A stretch of DNA of 63,570 bases, counting the filler, from Asterionella formosa (lineage: Eukaryota), in the NCBI GenBank assembly GCA_002256025.1. It is 11 parts of 11 records of this genome, joined end to end, with 100 filler letters (N's around TTAATTAATTAA, not from the genome) between each part and the next. Parts side by side here need not be neighbours in the genome. Positions count along the whole stretch, not along the records: positions 1 to 24,593 come from NKIB01002204.1; positions 24,694 to 49,284 come from NKIB01002211.1; 9 more parts are not named here. The stretch is one strand, 5' to 3'. Both the position numbers and the translations under genes were made by a program. Below, piece after piece: positions 23,831 through 37,293 of this stretch (position 1 is its first letter; each line of letters opens with the position of its first letter). The notes under the pieces were generated by a model, which saw nothing but the letters and a program-made list of their open reading frames with translations, was not told the DNA's origin and ran no database searches.

Positions 23831-24593
23831 ATTCAAATCATTCACAAACACTACCAGTATTTTCATCATCCTCCTCATCAAAATGGTTTATGTCATCAGG
23901 AGAGCACAAAACATCAGCATCCAATGTTTGTCGATGAAAGATAATTCATCTGAGTGGCTGGTACTGGAAATGCTATTGTTTCCCACCCCGCAAGCAGTTC
24001 CAGCCAGTACTATTTGGAACAGCTGCAGGAAAAACAATTGCAATGTGAATCTGAAGGAGGCATTCCCAACCAGCAGGTAAGTTTGCAGACTTGGACAATG
24101 TGATTGCATCCATTTGATTCCTCACTTTAATGTCGTCCACCAATGTCAATGCAGCATTAGCTTTCATCATTGCAGCTCTATTCCTCTCACTAACAAGATC
24201 CTCACTAGTTGATCTCTTTGATATCAATGCCTGCCTCGTCGCCTCATGCCTCATGCCACTAGGGCTCTTGAGTCTGTGTTTGTGTTTAAGAGAATCAACA
24301 TTGTCATCGATATCAATTGCACTTAAACTTGCTGAATGCAATACACGCCCGAGGTGGTCTCTTGCCTGCGAGTATACATGTGTTCGAGGCTGGGTGGCGC
24401 GAGTAGGTTGACCGTACGAGTGGCGCCCCCGGCGCTGCGAGAAGGTCACCCTATGAGTGCCATCCCAGTCGAGTACACATGTATACGAGAAGGCAAGTAG
24501 CCGCCGAGAAGGGTATTGTTGAGGCAATTCCCGCTCTAGCTATCGTCGCGTCATTCGCTTACCTACTGCCCACAAATTTAGCATAAATGTCAA

Positions 24594-24693
24594 NNNNNNN
24601 NNNNNNNNNNNNNNNNNNNNNNNNNNNNNNNNNNNNNTTAATTAATTAANNNNNNNNNNNNNNNNNNNNNNNNNNNNNNNNNNNNNNNNNNNN
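24594..24693. other. Artificial contig spacer N44-TTAATTAATTAA-N44 (also 49285-49384, 50873-50972, 52461-52560, 54049-54148, 55636-55735, 57223-57322, 58810-58909, 60397-60496, 61984-62083)
   Basis: Ten identical 100-bp spacers, each containing a six-frame stop linker. Confidence 0.99.
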
Positions 24694-24706
24694 TACAGAA
24701 TTAATT

Positions 24707-24820
24707 GAAGTATTTCAAATAATTATGTGAAGTATTTCAAATAATTATGTGAAGTATTTCAAATAATTATGTGAAGTATTTCAAATAATTATGTGAAGTA
24801 TTTCAAATAATTATGTGAAG
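24707..24820 (+). repeat. 22-bp minisatellite (GAAGTATTTCAAATAATTATGT) x5
   Basis: Five perfect head-to-tail units with no spacers, followed by degenerate copies to ~24965. Confidence 0.95.
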
Positions 24821-26279
24821 GTGATCACGTAATATAGTGATGATCAGGAATGCATGCATGATACTCTCATCAAATAATTAACGTGATGTATTCAGATAAT
24901 ATATAGATATATTCAAGTAAGCATTTTGATGTATTCAACTAATTCATGTGATCCATTCAAAATCAACTAGGCTTATTTACGTGATGGTCACTTCACGTAA
25001 TACGCGGCTTAGATGTAGGTGGCTGGACTTTGATCGGAAACCACGAGACAGTATTGCAGATTCAGATGGAACGTGTGTCTCATCAGATTTCCTGTGTCAT
25101 CGTACTAGCTCCTTACCTTTGAAGACAGGAGCATATTCTTTGATGTATCTGGAATGTTTCAATGGATGGCAGCAGTTGGATTTAGACACAAGCCTTGACA
25201 AAAGCACTACTTTGTAGATGTTCATAAAAAGCCAGACACTTTGGCCTATCGACCACCAGCCTGTCTATACTGCAAAAATGCAAGAAGCACAAGTTTAATG
25301 CCCATTTATGGATTCAAGTTTCAGTAGTGCAACAATGTAAAATATTAGAAACCGGAAGTCACATTTCATCTAATTACGGTTTTCAATTTTACTGTTTTTC
25401 ATTGAGAGGAAGCAATGGCAGAATGGCTGCCAAATGGGCGGGGGCAAACACAGAGAAGCCAACTAATTTCTCTCCCCAAAAATCCCAGACCCTTCTTGAA
25501 TATCACTTGCTACAGAAAATGGAAAACAGCCGCCATGATCTGTTGATTGTTGCTGTATGGTGCCACTGACCAAAACCTCCAGAAATCTCAATGAGTTCCT
25601 TGTTTCTTGACTTGAATGCAAAAGGGATTGAAACCAATGGAAAAATCAAAAGGGAACTAAAAATGCTCTGCAAACATCAGGATAATTGTGAAAGAGAAAT
25701 GAAGGTTCTTGGGAGGAGAAGTAAAGGGATAATTGCTTCTGGTCTTGCGGGAACAAGAATGGATTGACCCAAACAATGTTGACAAATAGGTACCTACCGG
25801 AAAAGGAAGCAATGTTTTCGGCATCATCATTCTATACACAAGCCTGCGCCACCTGACGTCAACATAGCTACCTCGACTTCATCAATGAGGAAGTTGATGG
25901 GTGGAGCATGTGAGGAAAATCGGGGTTGAGGTTTTCTTGACGCCAACATGGGCTTGCTTGGATGAACTTGCAGTTGAAGGCATTGAATAACCTGGGCCTG
26001 TTGAGCCAAAGGATAAAGAAAAATCTATGACTCTTATTATCAACTAACGTTTTGGTGTTTGATCTATAGATAGTAATTGTGAGATCAAATCAGTTATTGA
26101 TTCGATCTAACCTTTGGAATGCTAATATCAAATAGAATTTTTAGCTTTCAATCTAACATTCATTACTACTGATCTAACTAATTTCTCTCATTGATCAAAC
26201 CTATTATCATGTTCGATCAATGATGAACACAATTCGAATTAAATGGATTGCTATTCAATACTCAAATATTCTACTTCTG

Positions 26280-27020
26280 GTCACCCATACTTTCCACTGT
26301 GCATCCTCTCTCAGAATGAGCACACCACAGTGGTCTTCAATACCTTAATTTTCACTTCCGGTTGCTATGTTGAGATCATTGCCTTTTCAAAATGAAATGA
26401 GAGAGTCAAAAAAATTGATGATGTTTTATTCGAACCTCCTCTACCATTGCGAATGGCAGCAAATCACATTCTCCAATGTTCTTGTATGACTTTCCTGTAA
26501 GAGATAATAACAACAATGTTAGCAAAACTGTTGCATCAAGTAAGCAAGGCAGCCATCTAAATGTAGATATGTGCAACGAAATGATCACATGAACAATCCA
26601 TCACTCCAATTTCCGTATGAGCAGGCAATGTGCAGATTACTTACCTGTTGCTTCCATTAAGAATGGTAGCAAGTCACATTCTCCAAAGGTTCCTGTATGA
26701 TTTTGAGAAGATAATATCAATGTTAGCAAAAGTGTTGCAACGATTAAAGCATCTCCAGCTACACATGTGCCACAAACTGATAACATAAACAATCTATATA
26801 GTAGCTTCACGTTCCAATCGACATAACGAGCATCAAATGAGAGTATAGTAACTTACCTATGCTCTCAATATTGATTGATGGGTGACGGGTAGCGTTGTTA
26901 ACCCTCATATCTGCATATATGGAAGGGAAAGATGTTATTAATGTCGAAATCCTAATTGATGGACACAGACACTACAAAGCCTCTGCAGCATTGTGCACAA
27001 ACATATTAAGTGTGGTTTCT
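26280..27020. repeat. Degenerate dispersed repeat, homologous to ~9950-10510, with an internal ~200-bp duplication
   Basis: See the 9950 feature. Internal duplicate AATGG.AGCAA.TCACATTCTCCAA..TTC.TGTATGA..AATGTTAGCAAAA.TGTTGCA at ~26451 and ~26662. Confidence 0.65.
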
Positions 27021-28899
27021 TACCTCGTAATTAGGTTGATTTTTATCGTTCGTCCTGAGGAAGTGTAGAAACTTTGAGTGGCAGCAGCGCACACGAACAT
27101 TGAACAATATCTCAACATTTCCTCTTCTTCAAAAAGTGTGTATAACATACATCTCTTAATGTCTCGTAACTTTTTTGAAGGAACATTTAATACCATACCA
27201 GTATGTATGATTAGATAAAATATACAAGACATAACAGGAATTCGAATATGGTACCTAATATACTTCCAGCTATCATATGCATCCTATGTAGTGGACAGTG
27301 GACACCATGTATCACAGGTACATATACATACTGTCAAATTTTACTGGTACTTACATGATGGAGGAATACTGGAACTTACATGATGTTCAGTAGAGTACAG
27401 TAATGGGAGCTTGTATATCACCGTTATCCAAGCGGGAACTACACTGGTACCATGTATTTCGTCTATGTTCCTGTTGGTACTGGTGTTCTAACGTTCAAGT
27501 TTGACTACAGTACCGGTAGGTATTTGAACATGATTGAAAACACTTGAAGTGCATTATTATGATATAATGCCGAAGTACTCAGATTATAGCATAGGTAGTG
27601 AATGATAAATGAACATTTCTGTATGATCTAAGAGACCAACTCCCTTTTTAACCTTGGCGCGCCAAAAATGACATCAGACTTTTCTCTTTTATTATTGTTT
27701 CATTCTTTGATTGTAAAGCATCAGCGGCCCGTGTGCCATACCTTGAATCCTGTACATTGTTATCGTCATGTCCGGTAAATGAATAAAAAGAAGCGATAAT
27801 TCTAGACTTGACAACTTGTCTCAGAAGAAGTACCGCAACAGTAACCAGGATGAAAAGACTCGGAAAAAAGCCTTCCCATTCATGCCAAAAATAGCAGACG
27901 TTTGGTTACTCCTGCAACGAAATTGTTTCATGAGTAAGAAGAGTTTGTAACAAATACAACTGCTTCAACAAAGCAGCGAGATCATCATCAAGAATCAGAT
28001 TCTGACAATGGTGATATTTTGTCAGAACTGTCCTCTCCTGGTAACAAGAAGGTGCCGCCTTTTTATCCACCCATTCAAGGAAGGAGTGACAATTCACCAG
28101 TCACTGATAATCCAAAGACAAATATTATGGAGTTTCATCTCGATAATGGCGAAGATCTCAAATATATATCACAGTTCCGCCTTAGTCGTGAGGCAGTGAA
28201 TGATCAAAAGCATCATTATCCGTTGTTGTTTTATGTTCAACAACTTCATAATAAGATTGCCCTATTGGAACGCAAAATTTCCCTGAATAACTCTTCTATC
28301 AGTGGATACAAAGATTCCAGTCTTGTCACTACTGTTTATACAAGACAAAGGGATATAGTTGCATCGATAACTTCCTCTCATGCAACCGAAGTAGTTGGTG
28401 AAATATTTCATACTAGAAAATTTTGTCACACCCAGGTAAGTTCATTTACACATATAAATCTCCTCAAATCACCTTATTTTTGATATCGTTACCAACCATT
28501 TTTACTTTCATTGTCCTTATAGTCTTACAAACATCCTGCTGAAACATGTGTGCCAAGTAGTAGTGGAATATCAAGTCCAACAAGTCATTGCTATGCAAGA
28601 TTGTGCATTTTGTTCTTGTTAAAACGTCATCCTGAAATCGCTCTTGCCGTTAAGGAAGATTCTGAATTGGCGGATTGCATCTGGAATGGTGTTGAAGAAG
28701 TTTCTCATAGAGGAACCGATTTCCTATCTGTAAGAAGTGCTAAGGAAAGAAAAGAGTACTTTGACTGTACATTTGGAGGAATGTGCATTAAACATATTCA
28801 TTACTTCCAATTGACATTGAACCATTTCATTCGTTCAGATTTGAGTAAGTTTATTCAGATGGAAAGTTACCAAATTTACCTGATTCCTTTGATGTAAAG

Positions 28900-30790
28900 T
28901 TAAGTCGCAGATATGCAACCAAAGATGAATGGTGTCGACAAATATCACAAAAAGCGATTATTCCAGCCCTTTTCTACCACTATTTCGGTGGTGATAAGCA
29001 GGGAGTCCATGGTGCTACCCTTTTCGAAACTCTACACCAATTTCTCATAGTAATGTTGCCATACATTCTAGAATCTCTGTACAATTACAGAGCAGTCACT
29101 GAAGTTTGGAAACAATTTTTGAACAAACGAACATGTCCAGATGTACCTGAACCAAAAAATTAGAAAAGGAGATATCCATTAAGAAAAAACATGACGAGAG
29201 TGGTGGGGAGGAACTACCAATTACTGATGATGATACACATTCTGAACAACAGCGGTATCTACATTGGCAACAGTCTAGACCGAAGTTGAAAAATCAAAAT
29301 CGCAATATATTTTCAAAAATATCTTTTGAAATGATAGCAAGATTCATCAATGCACATCTAGCTAGAACGACAATGTGATCGTAACATTCCCAAAACATCA
29401 TACCGGGCGGGATTAACCGCTTTGACAAAAATGTCAGGACAAGAAATTCCCGGATTATGTCTATTGACAATCTTCGCCATGGGAGGCATGATGGGTCCCA
29501 CTTTTCAAAAAGTGGAGTCCGATTTTACTATATTATTATGGTTAAGTATTTCATTGAATGACAATCTGAATATGGGTGTATACACTGAAGAATGCATAGA
29601 CATCCTAGACAAAAAAATTCGGAGGTATCTTGCTGGGACAAAAGCTTTAACTGGTGAACAACGTGAATTGGTTTCTTCTGTTGAATACCATATACCCAAG
29701 TTCCATGGAATGACTCATTATCCTCATTTGATTAAAAAATTTGGAACACGTATCAATTTCTTTGGTGGTTTCCTGGAATCATTCTTGAACGAGAAATTAA
29801 AACGGCCAATACACATCGTCTCCAACATGATATATTATTGAGGAAGGGTTAAAGAAGACAATATTCACTTGCCAGGAAAGGTCTCTTCCCCAGTGTTTAC
29901 ACCATGTCACTGTTGGTGAGCGACGGAGGTACTGATACAGTTCAATCAGATGAATCTGAATTTGAAGATATAAATTCGATAAATACTAGAAAGGAAGCAG
30001 AGGTATCCATTCATTGTTGTGAAACCCAAACAATTTTTTTCTCAGCGGAGAAAGATCAATGTGGAATTTGGTACAATTTCGGCGGTATTAAACAACTGTG
30101 TACACAATGAAAACGCTCAGATGGGACAGTATACTACCGCTTGTTTCACCCAGACAACGAACATGGTAAACCTGCCGTTCAGAACCTTGTAAATCCTGCC
30201 ATACAGCGGTGCAAGGAGGACCAAAATTCTACTGGAACTACGTCTGTAGAGATAGATCGGATCAATTTCTATTTTCATGTTACTATAATCTCAAAAGATG
30301 ACGGTACGAAAACAATTTTAAGATGTAATCCAAAATGGAACAAACAGGACAAGAGTATTCATCAATCAAATTCTTGGTTTGATTGGGTTGAAGTGAATTG
30401 GGAAAGTCGAAAAGGGAAAAATTACAGTGTACCAGCAAAATTACTTTTATGGGGTAACGTCGGCTCGTTTATTCAGATGGAACTGAAACACTCCTTGCAT
30501 CTATACATTCTTTGAGGAGTACCACTATCATGCCAGCCCATCATCGCATGTTTTTTGCTACAGGTGATTACATTTGTGATGAGAAGACTGTATTAAGCAT
30601 TGTTGAGCATAACAACATTCTTTCCACAGCATTTGTAGTCCCAGCCAGCACCAGCTACAATCAGTAAATGTATGAGTACACGGGAAACCGCTGAAGCCAT
30701 GGAAAATGCAGATTATTATATTGCATTACCACCACGAAATCAATGGAAATTGATTGGTTGGGATATTCCTTTAAGTACAGAGAAGTAGCA
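28900..30790 (+). mobile_element. Degenerate Plavaka-type (CACTA-like) transposase
   Basis: GVHGATLFETLHQFL, LTKMSGQEIPGL, IPKFHGMTHYPHLIKKFG..NFFGGFLESFL and LRCNP..WFDWVEVNW..VPAKLL occur in the order expected for Plavaka-like transposases, with multiple stops and frameshifts. Confidence 0.6.
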
Positions 30791-30851
30791 CTAATCGTTA
30801 CAATACAAATTATTACGAATATACTTCAACATTTAATAACTGCCTCCGAAT

Positions 30852-31541
30852 TCAAAGTTTACTTATCTTTATGATTTTTCTTTTTTTTGGAGAACCTGAA
30901 AATGAAAATGAACTGTCATCATCCACTGATTCTTCCAAAGATTTCAAGAAACTCTTGAAATCTTTGTATAGTATATCATGCTGGCTGTCATTCAGGAGAA
31001 CAGCATACCTGCTCACTTTCTGCATGCCCTCAGCAACAACAAAAGCACGTTCGTATTCTTTTTCAAATTTCAAGGTTTCTTTATTACCATGCCAATGGTA
31101 AGATTATACGGCGGGATGATGAACCATTTTACTAAGATACGTCAGTTCAGTTGTAGTTAACATCGGAGATAACTCGAATTCAGGATTGAACAACTCCATT
31201 GCTGGAGCTTTGTCACAACATGAACCCACAATGGTGTTGGGAACATATACCATAACTGCATCTTCGACGTCATTTTCTGGATTACCAGGAGATGACCATA
31301 CATTTTGATTTTCACCCTTAAATTTCATTTTCATAAATTTATCCCAACCATCCTTTGTTAAACGTGACTCACTTTGTTTCCCCATAAAATTAGTTTCTCT
31401 AGTACTGTATCGTAGTTGTAGTAGTAATTCCATAAACTTCACAATTTTAAAAAATCCTTGGTTGGTTGGAAAATCATAAACCACCGCCCACCTTAAAATG
31501 AGGTTCCCCATCGGTGTAACCTCGGATTTTTGGTATCTCAC
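30852..31541 (-). pseudogene. Frameshifted unknown ORF convergent with the Plavaka-like transposase (probable element accessory gene)
   Basis: Two adjacent protein-like minus-strand ORFs (145 aa and 73 aa); the second ends in a basic NLS-like SPKKRK. Confidence 0.3.
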
Positions 31542-33532
31542 TGAATGTTAACAGAAAAATCTCTCAACATTCTGATCGAGCCTTCTTCATGCCAGATTTC
31601 CATTTTTCGAACTCGTTTTTGAATTTGACCATAGCTTTGGAGGGAATAATTACTTTGTTAATATCTACACCTGGGCAAATACGATATTTGCGTGCAATCT
31701 AGTGAATGCATTTCAAATGACTTTTCAAACTAACTCCATGTTCAGGATCACGTACTTCAACGTTGCCTTCATTTAGATCAAAACAGTATAGACCATAATG
31801 TTGATGATGTCGTGTTTGTAAATAAATCACAATAAGGAATTCAATGGACGAGGGTTGGAGATAAAAACTGTGTAGATGGATAAGAACGTTCAGTATTCCA
31901 GTCATTTCTGTCTTGAGATTCAACAATTACATGAATGTTTGAGGGATGCAGTTCATGAACAACGACCTTCACAATGGCGGTCACAATTTTAATATCCCAA
32001 TATGCAATACTCATTCCTGCAATATTGACGTACTTCTGAGGGGGAGCAAGAGTATGTATTGTAGTAAAGCTTATGTGACTCCGGACCCAACGGAAGTGAG
32101 AACCGGAAAGGTGTATCAAATACTTGGCAATTCACGCAGAATGGGCAGGACATGCTTTCCACAAAAAAGAGGGTGAAACACTATAAAGGTGATTGTTGAA
32201 ACATTCCGATTTGTTGCAATATCCCGAAACAGCAGCTGCAACCTTTCCCTTTATCGATTTTTTCGATACAAGTAATTGATGTGTTTCTTCAATTCTCCTC
32301 GCTCTTTCGCATAAATATTTATGAATTCCTTCATCAAATAATTTCAATAATGATTTATCCTTACAGGATAAATCACTTATCTCCTTGACCTGCTCAATTA
32401 CTGTCCCAGTGACTGCAACAGCTTCGGAAATCTTTGGTAAGTAGTCATGAATTACATCCACACTGGCGACCATATCCTCTTTCAATATTTCCAACTTCTT
32501 ACTAGATAAATGGGACAAATCACTTTCCTCCTCGACCTGTTTTTCTATTTACTTTCCCAATCACTCCTACAATTTCGAAACTCTTACACTACGTATATAA
32601 AAGCTATATAAATATAGCGGTCACTTTGTGGAAAGTATATGTGTGGCGATGGGGTTAGGCTGTCCTATATAGTGCCTCTGATGTTGCCGATAAAGAGATT
32701 TCTTAAAACAATGGGACAGTACAATGTTATTAAGCAAAGTTACAATTGTTATTTCGAACCCCCTGCTATTCAAGGTTCATGTGATGCTACTATTTCCTGA
32801 ATGAAATGAAGCTACTTCGTGATTAGTGATGCTGCGACCCTAATTCTGCAGCAAACAAATGTGCTCGCCAATAGCTAGTCAATGAGAATGGAAGACCCAT
32901 GGCTAATTAAGGCCATGAGCAACAAACTGCGCCGCCATCTGGTCCATCTTCACTTTGATCCACATCTCTTCTTGAAGAACAGATTCGAAATACGGATCGA
33001 TGTTCGCAATGGACGAATTATGATCATAAGCTACTATCTTCTTGATTTCGGTTGGAATTGGAATCAGGTATGGCCTTCAATGCATCGTTCTCCAATTCTG
33101 TTGTATAGCTAAATTGACCAAAGCTTTTGATTTCGAGTAACAAACAAACAATCAAACTTCGCCAGAATAATTCCCCATCAATGTCAAGACCATTATTTGT
33201 TATAAGACTGAGATCATTTTCATCCCCGCAAGAAGGTAGCTTGTATGGGATTCAACGAACGCACATGGCTTGTAAGAAATTCGATTACTGATATGCGAAT
33301 GGAGAGATAACGACGAATACTACTGGCACAAGAATTGGATCAAAGCATGTACCGGTAGAGCATTCAAATCGGAATGGCAACAAGGAACGCACCGTTGTTG
33401 CACAGAATTCATTCTGATAGCATTGTCGGGTACAAGGTTTCAATACATGTAAGGTGATCTCTGTAAAGTCATAACCTTTGCTAAAACAATGATTGATCAA
33501 AGAGCAACAGCTATTGATCAATCAAATAACGT

Positions 33533-33885
33533 ATCAATATATCAAAGATTTGGTTAGCAGATTAGTTTTGATAACTAATATATATGACTTCTAACTATGC
33601 ATAACCTGATGTATGTGAGAAAACAATTTGACAAAAAAATTTGATTGATCACACCGACACGGTCATTGATATATCAAAATTATCATCATCATAACCAAAC
33701 ATTTGATCAATATATTAACAATTTGGATTAACCGATTAGATTTGGTACCTAATATATACGAGTTCTTATATATGCGTAACCTAACGTGTGTATGCTAATA
33801 ACCTGACGTGCAAATTTGATTGATCATACAGACCCTGCCATTGATATATCAAAATTATCATCAACATGTCAAAATATTTGAATGA
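33533..33885 (+). repeat. Diverged ~174-bp tandem repeat (2 copies)
   Basis: ATCAATATAT..ATTTGG..GATTAG.TTTG, AAATTTGATTGATCA and CATTGATATATCAAAATTATCATCA each recur about 174 bp apart. Confidence 0.75.
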
Positions 33886-35774
33886 TCAATCAAGTTTTTA
33901 ACGTATGCTGAGTAAAACATTAGATCTAATGGAAAATCTATTCACAGACGGTATACGGTACATAGATTTTTTCTAATTTTCCAGTTATGACTTTTTTCTG
34001 ATGTTGCGCCGGTTTCGTGTTTTAGAAAATCAGATAAATATGTTGGAAAGTAGTGATTGGCCCGAAAGTAGCAAAAACAATATTATACAATTGAGCTGGC
34101 CTCTCCCGGAAATACACATCTACATTTGTGTAGAAAACTAAATATCAAATATATATTTAGTTTCGTTTAGCTGCCATGATGGACCTTTTTTTACTATAGC
34201 AGTAAATGAATCAACTAGTCACTCTTAGTAAATAAAAGCAATATTTCTTGAAGGCCTAAAAAATGGAGCCATATTTTTATGTCAGAGACCGTAATTCACA
34301 GCAGAAATTGCTTCCGACATACCACAAAATGAAGCAAATCGCACTCATTTTTGTTAACAACGATGAAACCTTGAGCAAGAAAGCAGCCTCAACCATCCAA
34401 AAAGTACAAGCTGATACTAATTCTTTGGATAAGACTGTAGTATCACTTATTGAAGAAAATATGTAGTTATGGAATTAGAAACTTGAAAGGCAAATAACAA
34501 TGGCAAACTAAGCAACATTTGGTGCAATATCGAATGTTGTTGCATTGAATGCGGCTACACTGACTTGGCTAACAAACCTATGGTCCAGTACCATTTGCAG
34601 AAGCTAAATCAGGTGGGAAAGACAACTAATTCACTATTTCAATCACCTGCTACTATGTCACTAAATGATTCACAGTTGTTGGCAGAACATAACTAGTACC
34701 TCATCAATTTCTACCCTGACAACAAATTGAAGTTTAAATAAATATCCAACTCACGAAATGCAAGAGAGGCTTACTCACCCAAAAAGAAAGGCGCCATGCT
34801 GCATTTGCTGTTGAAAAGGATGGCATTGTTGATCTGGCCTGGTCGAAAGCTTGGGATGAATCCTTTGCCCAAATTGCTACAGAGCAAAAAGCTGGTGCTG
34901 AACAAGGTTGGGTCATCCATTGAACTACAACTTGCTTGTAGCTCCATCAGGAAATTTAACTGAAAAGTATCGAATCTGCAAACAGAAGCAAACAATAATC
35001 AACCATTCTCTTTCATTCCACCATCCGGACTATACTTCAGCCAAGGCATCTTTGTTGATCAGGTCATACAGTATCGCAATCATGAGGATGTTAGAAATAG
35101 AATGAATCTGGACATGCCAACAAAAAGAAACAGCACTAAGGGCGATCACAAGCAATAAACAATACACAGCCGGTCTTCATGTTGCTGCAGGTAGGTACTT
35201 GTTGCCGGGTCCGGAAGTGGTCGATGACCAGCTGAAAAGGAAGCAAGAGGCATGCGGAAGAAGTGCAGAGTGATCAAGAGAATAAGAAAATAGATGCACC
35301 ACATGGCGCTTGCAACAAAGGTTTATGCGATCATAACTCTCTAAACAAACATCCCGCACACTTTGGACAGCAGCGCAAACGAAAACAATGACAATATGGT
35401 TCAAGCAGGCAGGCGGTCTTCCATTACCAACAACAAAGCAACTTCTACTTACCAGATACCATGACACCTTGATGTGTGGTGACACTGCAGTACCAGTTAC
35501 AACTGCTTGGTGCCATTTTCTCACCCTTCGGTTGCTCCTATTACATGACAAGATATGATGGGAGAACCACCAGTCTGAGATCAAGCGATGCAATGAATAC
35601 TGCGAAAAACTGCAAGAAGTCTTGTTTTCTTTGATGGAACTGACAAGATAAAATGGGAACAGCACCAGTTTAAGAACGATTCAACTACTACGAAAAAACA
35701 TGCAAATGATGTACTATTTTTTAACTGTTGCCTAGTACTATAAAATTAACTTCATGTATGCTAAAATTTTAATC

Positions 35775-36042
35775 AGTGGCTTTGAGCCACTTCAACTGGT
35801 TTTGTCACCTTTAAAATGGATTGATCTCATTTAATTTATGTTCAAGAAAAAAATTATCTGTTTTGTCACCTTTATAATGGATAGATCTCATTTAATGTAT
35901 GTTCAAGAAAAAAAGATCTAATTCTCATGTAGCTTCATGAACTAACTAATATCGTGCCAAAGGGCGAAAGAGGGGATCGATTTTAGCATGTACTTCTAGA
36001 ATTAGTCGGAAAACGATAAAATAACGTGGCTCAAAGCCATTT
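35775..36042. repeat. Small inverted-repeat-bounded element with an internal 61-bp tandem duplication
   Basis: GTGGCTTTGAGCCAC at ~35776 versus GTGGCTCAAAGCCA at ~36026 (inverted). GTTTTGTCACCTTTA.AATGGAT.GATCTCATTTAAT.TATGTTCAAGAAAAAAA occurs twice. Confidence 0.6.
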
Positions 36043-36336
36043 ATAACTGGTGCCGGTAATCGAAATAGTCGAAGTTATACATATATTAAGATATGCCATA
36101 TTTACCTATTGTTCGGACCAGGCTAAGCCTTGTTTTCATGTGCTTGAATATATGCCACTATATACACATGTGAATATATGTATATCATAGACCGTTTTGT
36201 GATAAAGCGGTTATGCTTCCTTTCCAACACAAACCAATCGCTCACATTTCGGCGGAAAAGCCCTTGCTCACCGATCTTACAACCACAATTGAGCCATGTC
36301 ACTCACTTTATTCTATTCACGAGAACGCAAATCATC

Positions 36337-37293
36337 ATGATGAGTGCTAGCTATAATTGTCATCAAAAATTGGCATACTTGAATGATTACCGGTATGCTT
36401 GTGCGCTCGACGAGCAGAATCATACGAAGAAGAAAAGGTCCCATCGTCCCCGTGGGTGTCGTGGAGGAGGATCTCGTCGAGCCAGAAAGGCTGCTCGCGA
36501 GATGCAACGCAGTGATGAAATGATTCAGCCCCAGTTCCTTGGGAAGATCCGAGCACAGAGCAAACTTTATTGTATCCATGAAGGAATGCCGTCACTTGCG
36601 ACAGTGTCCTATTCTGGCAGTGACGACGAATCAATAATTCCATTGATTGTTCAAACTGGGGAACCAACTACCCATCAAAGAATATTGCGATTGGATTTCG
36701 ATATCTTACCAACGTTTTGTAAGATGCAGAACAATATTCCTACCGACGATGAGTCGCCCCTGCAATTTGGGACGCAAGCTGCTCTGACGAAAACGCATCG
36801 TGTGTGCGCTGAATTGGCATTTGACGTAGTGCCAGCATTACCTGTCTTGCAGAAGTATGAGACTTTCGAGATGAACACTGCCTTGCCACCTCTACCATCA
36901 ACAGCAGACTCCTTGGAAGTGTCGTCATGTTCGATTCTAAGATTTCCGAAGAATTCCAGGAAAGCTGAACAGACTTCAACTGTACAATATAATAACTTAA
37001 TTGATCAGCCACCAGAACATTCAATTGGCAGCAGCGAAGTTTGCGCGGAATCATTTCATTCCAATGATCAAGTCGCTTCTCAAACATATCTTGATGAAAT
37101 TGTCGTCGATTATCTTTATTTAGATGGAGGGAATGCAGGCAACCAGAATCCCATTGCCCATCCCTATAGCTTTCAGCAAAAAGAGCGCATCGAAAAACAA
37201 CGTCAGGTACTAGCTGGAGGATCCTTGTTCTTGACATCTCCAAGATCGTTTTTGATGGGGTGCCAAAAGACTACCTCATCGTCAATCTTCTAA
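36337..37293 (+). CDS. Hypothetical, largely disordered protein with basic N-terminal motif (KKRSHRPRGCRGG) and C-terminal SLFLTSPRSFLMG motif
   Basis: Uninterrupted ORF in otherwise decayed DNA, with coding-like composition. The likely start is MMSASY at 36337; the ORF is open from 36178. Confidence 0.7.
   Translation: MMSASYNCHQKLAYLNDYRYACALDEQNHTKKKRSHRPRGCRGGGSRRARKAAREMQRSDEMIQPQFLGKIRAQSKLYCIHEGMPSLATVSYSGSDDESIIPLIVQTGEPTTHQRILRLDFDILPTFCKMQNNIPTDDESPLQFGTQAALTKTHRVCAELAFDVVPALPVLQKYETFEMNTALPPLPSTADSLEVSSCSILRFPKNSRKAEQTSTVQYNNLIDQPPEHSIGSSEVCAESFHSNDQVASQTYLDEIVVDYLYLDGGNAGNQNPIAHPYSFQQKERIEKQRQVLAGGSLFLTSPRSFLMGCQKTTSSSIF

Noticed and set aside
24707..24820. CRISPR-like appearance of the 22-bp repeats
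   Set aside because: The units are head-to-tail with no spacers, there are no cas genes, and the context is eukaryotic.
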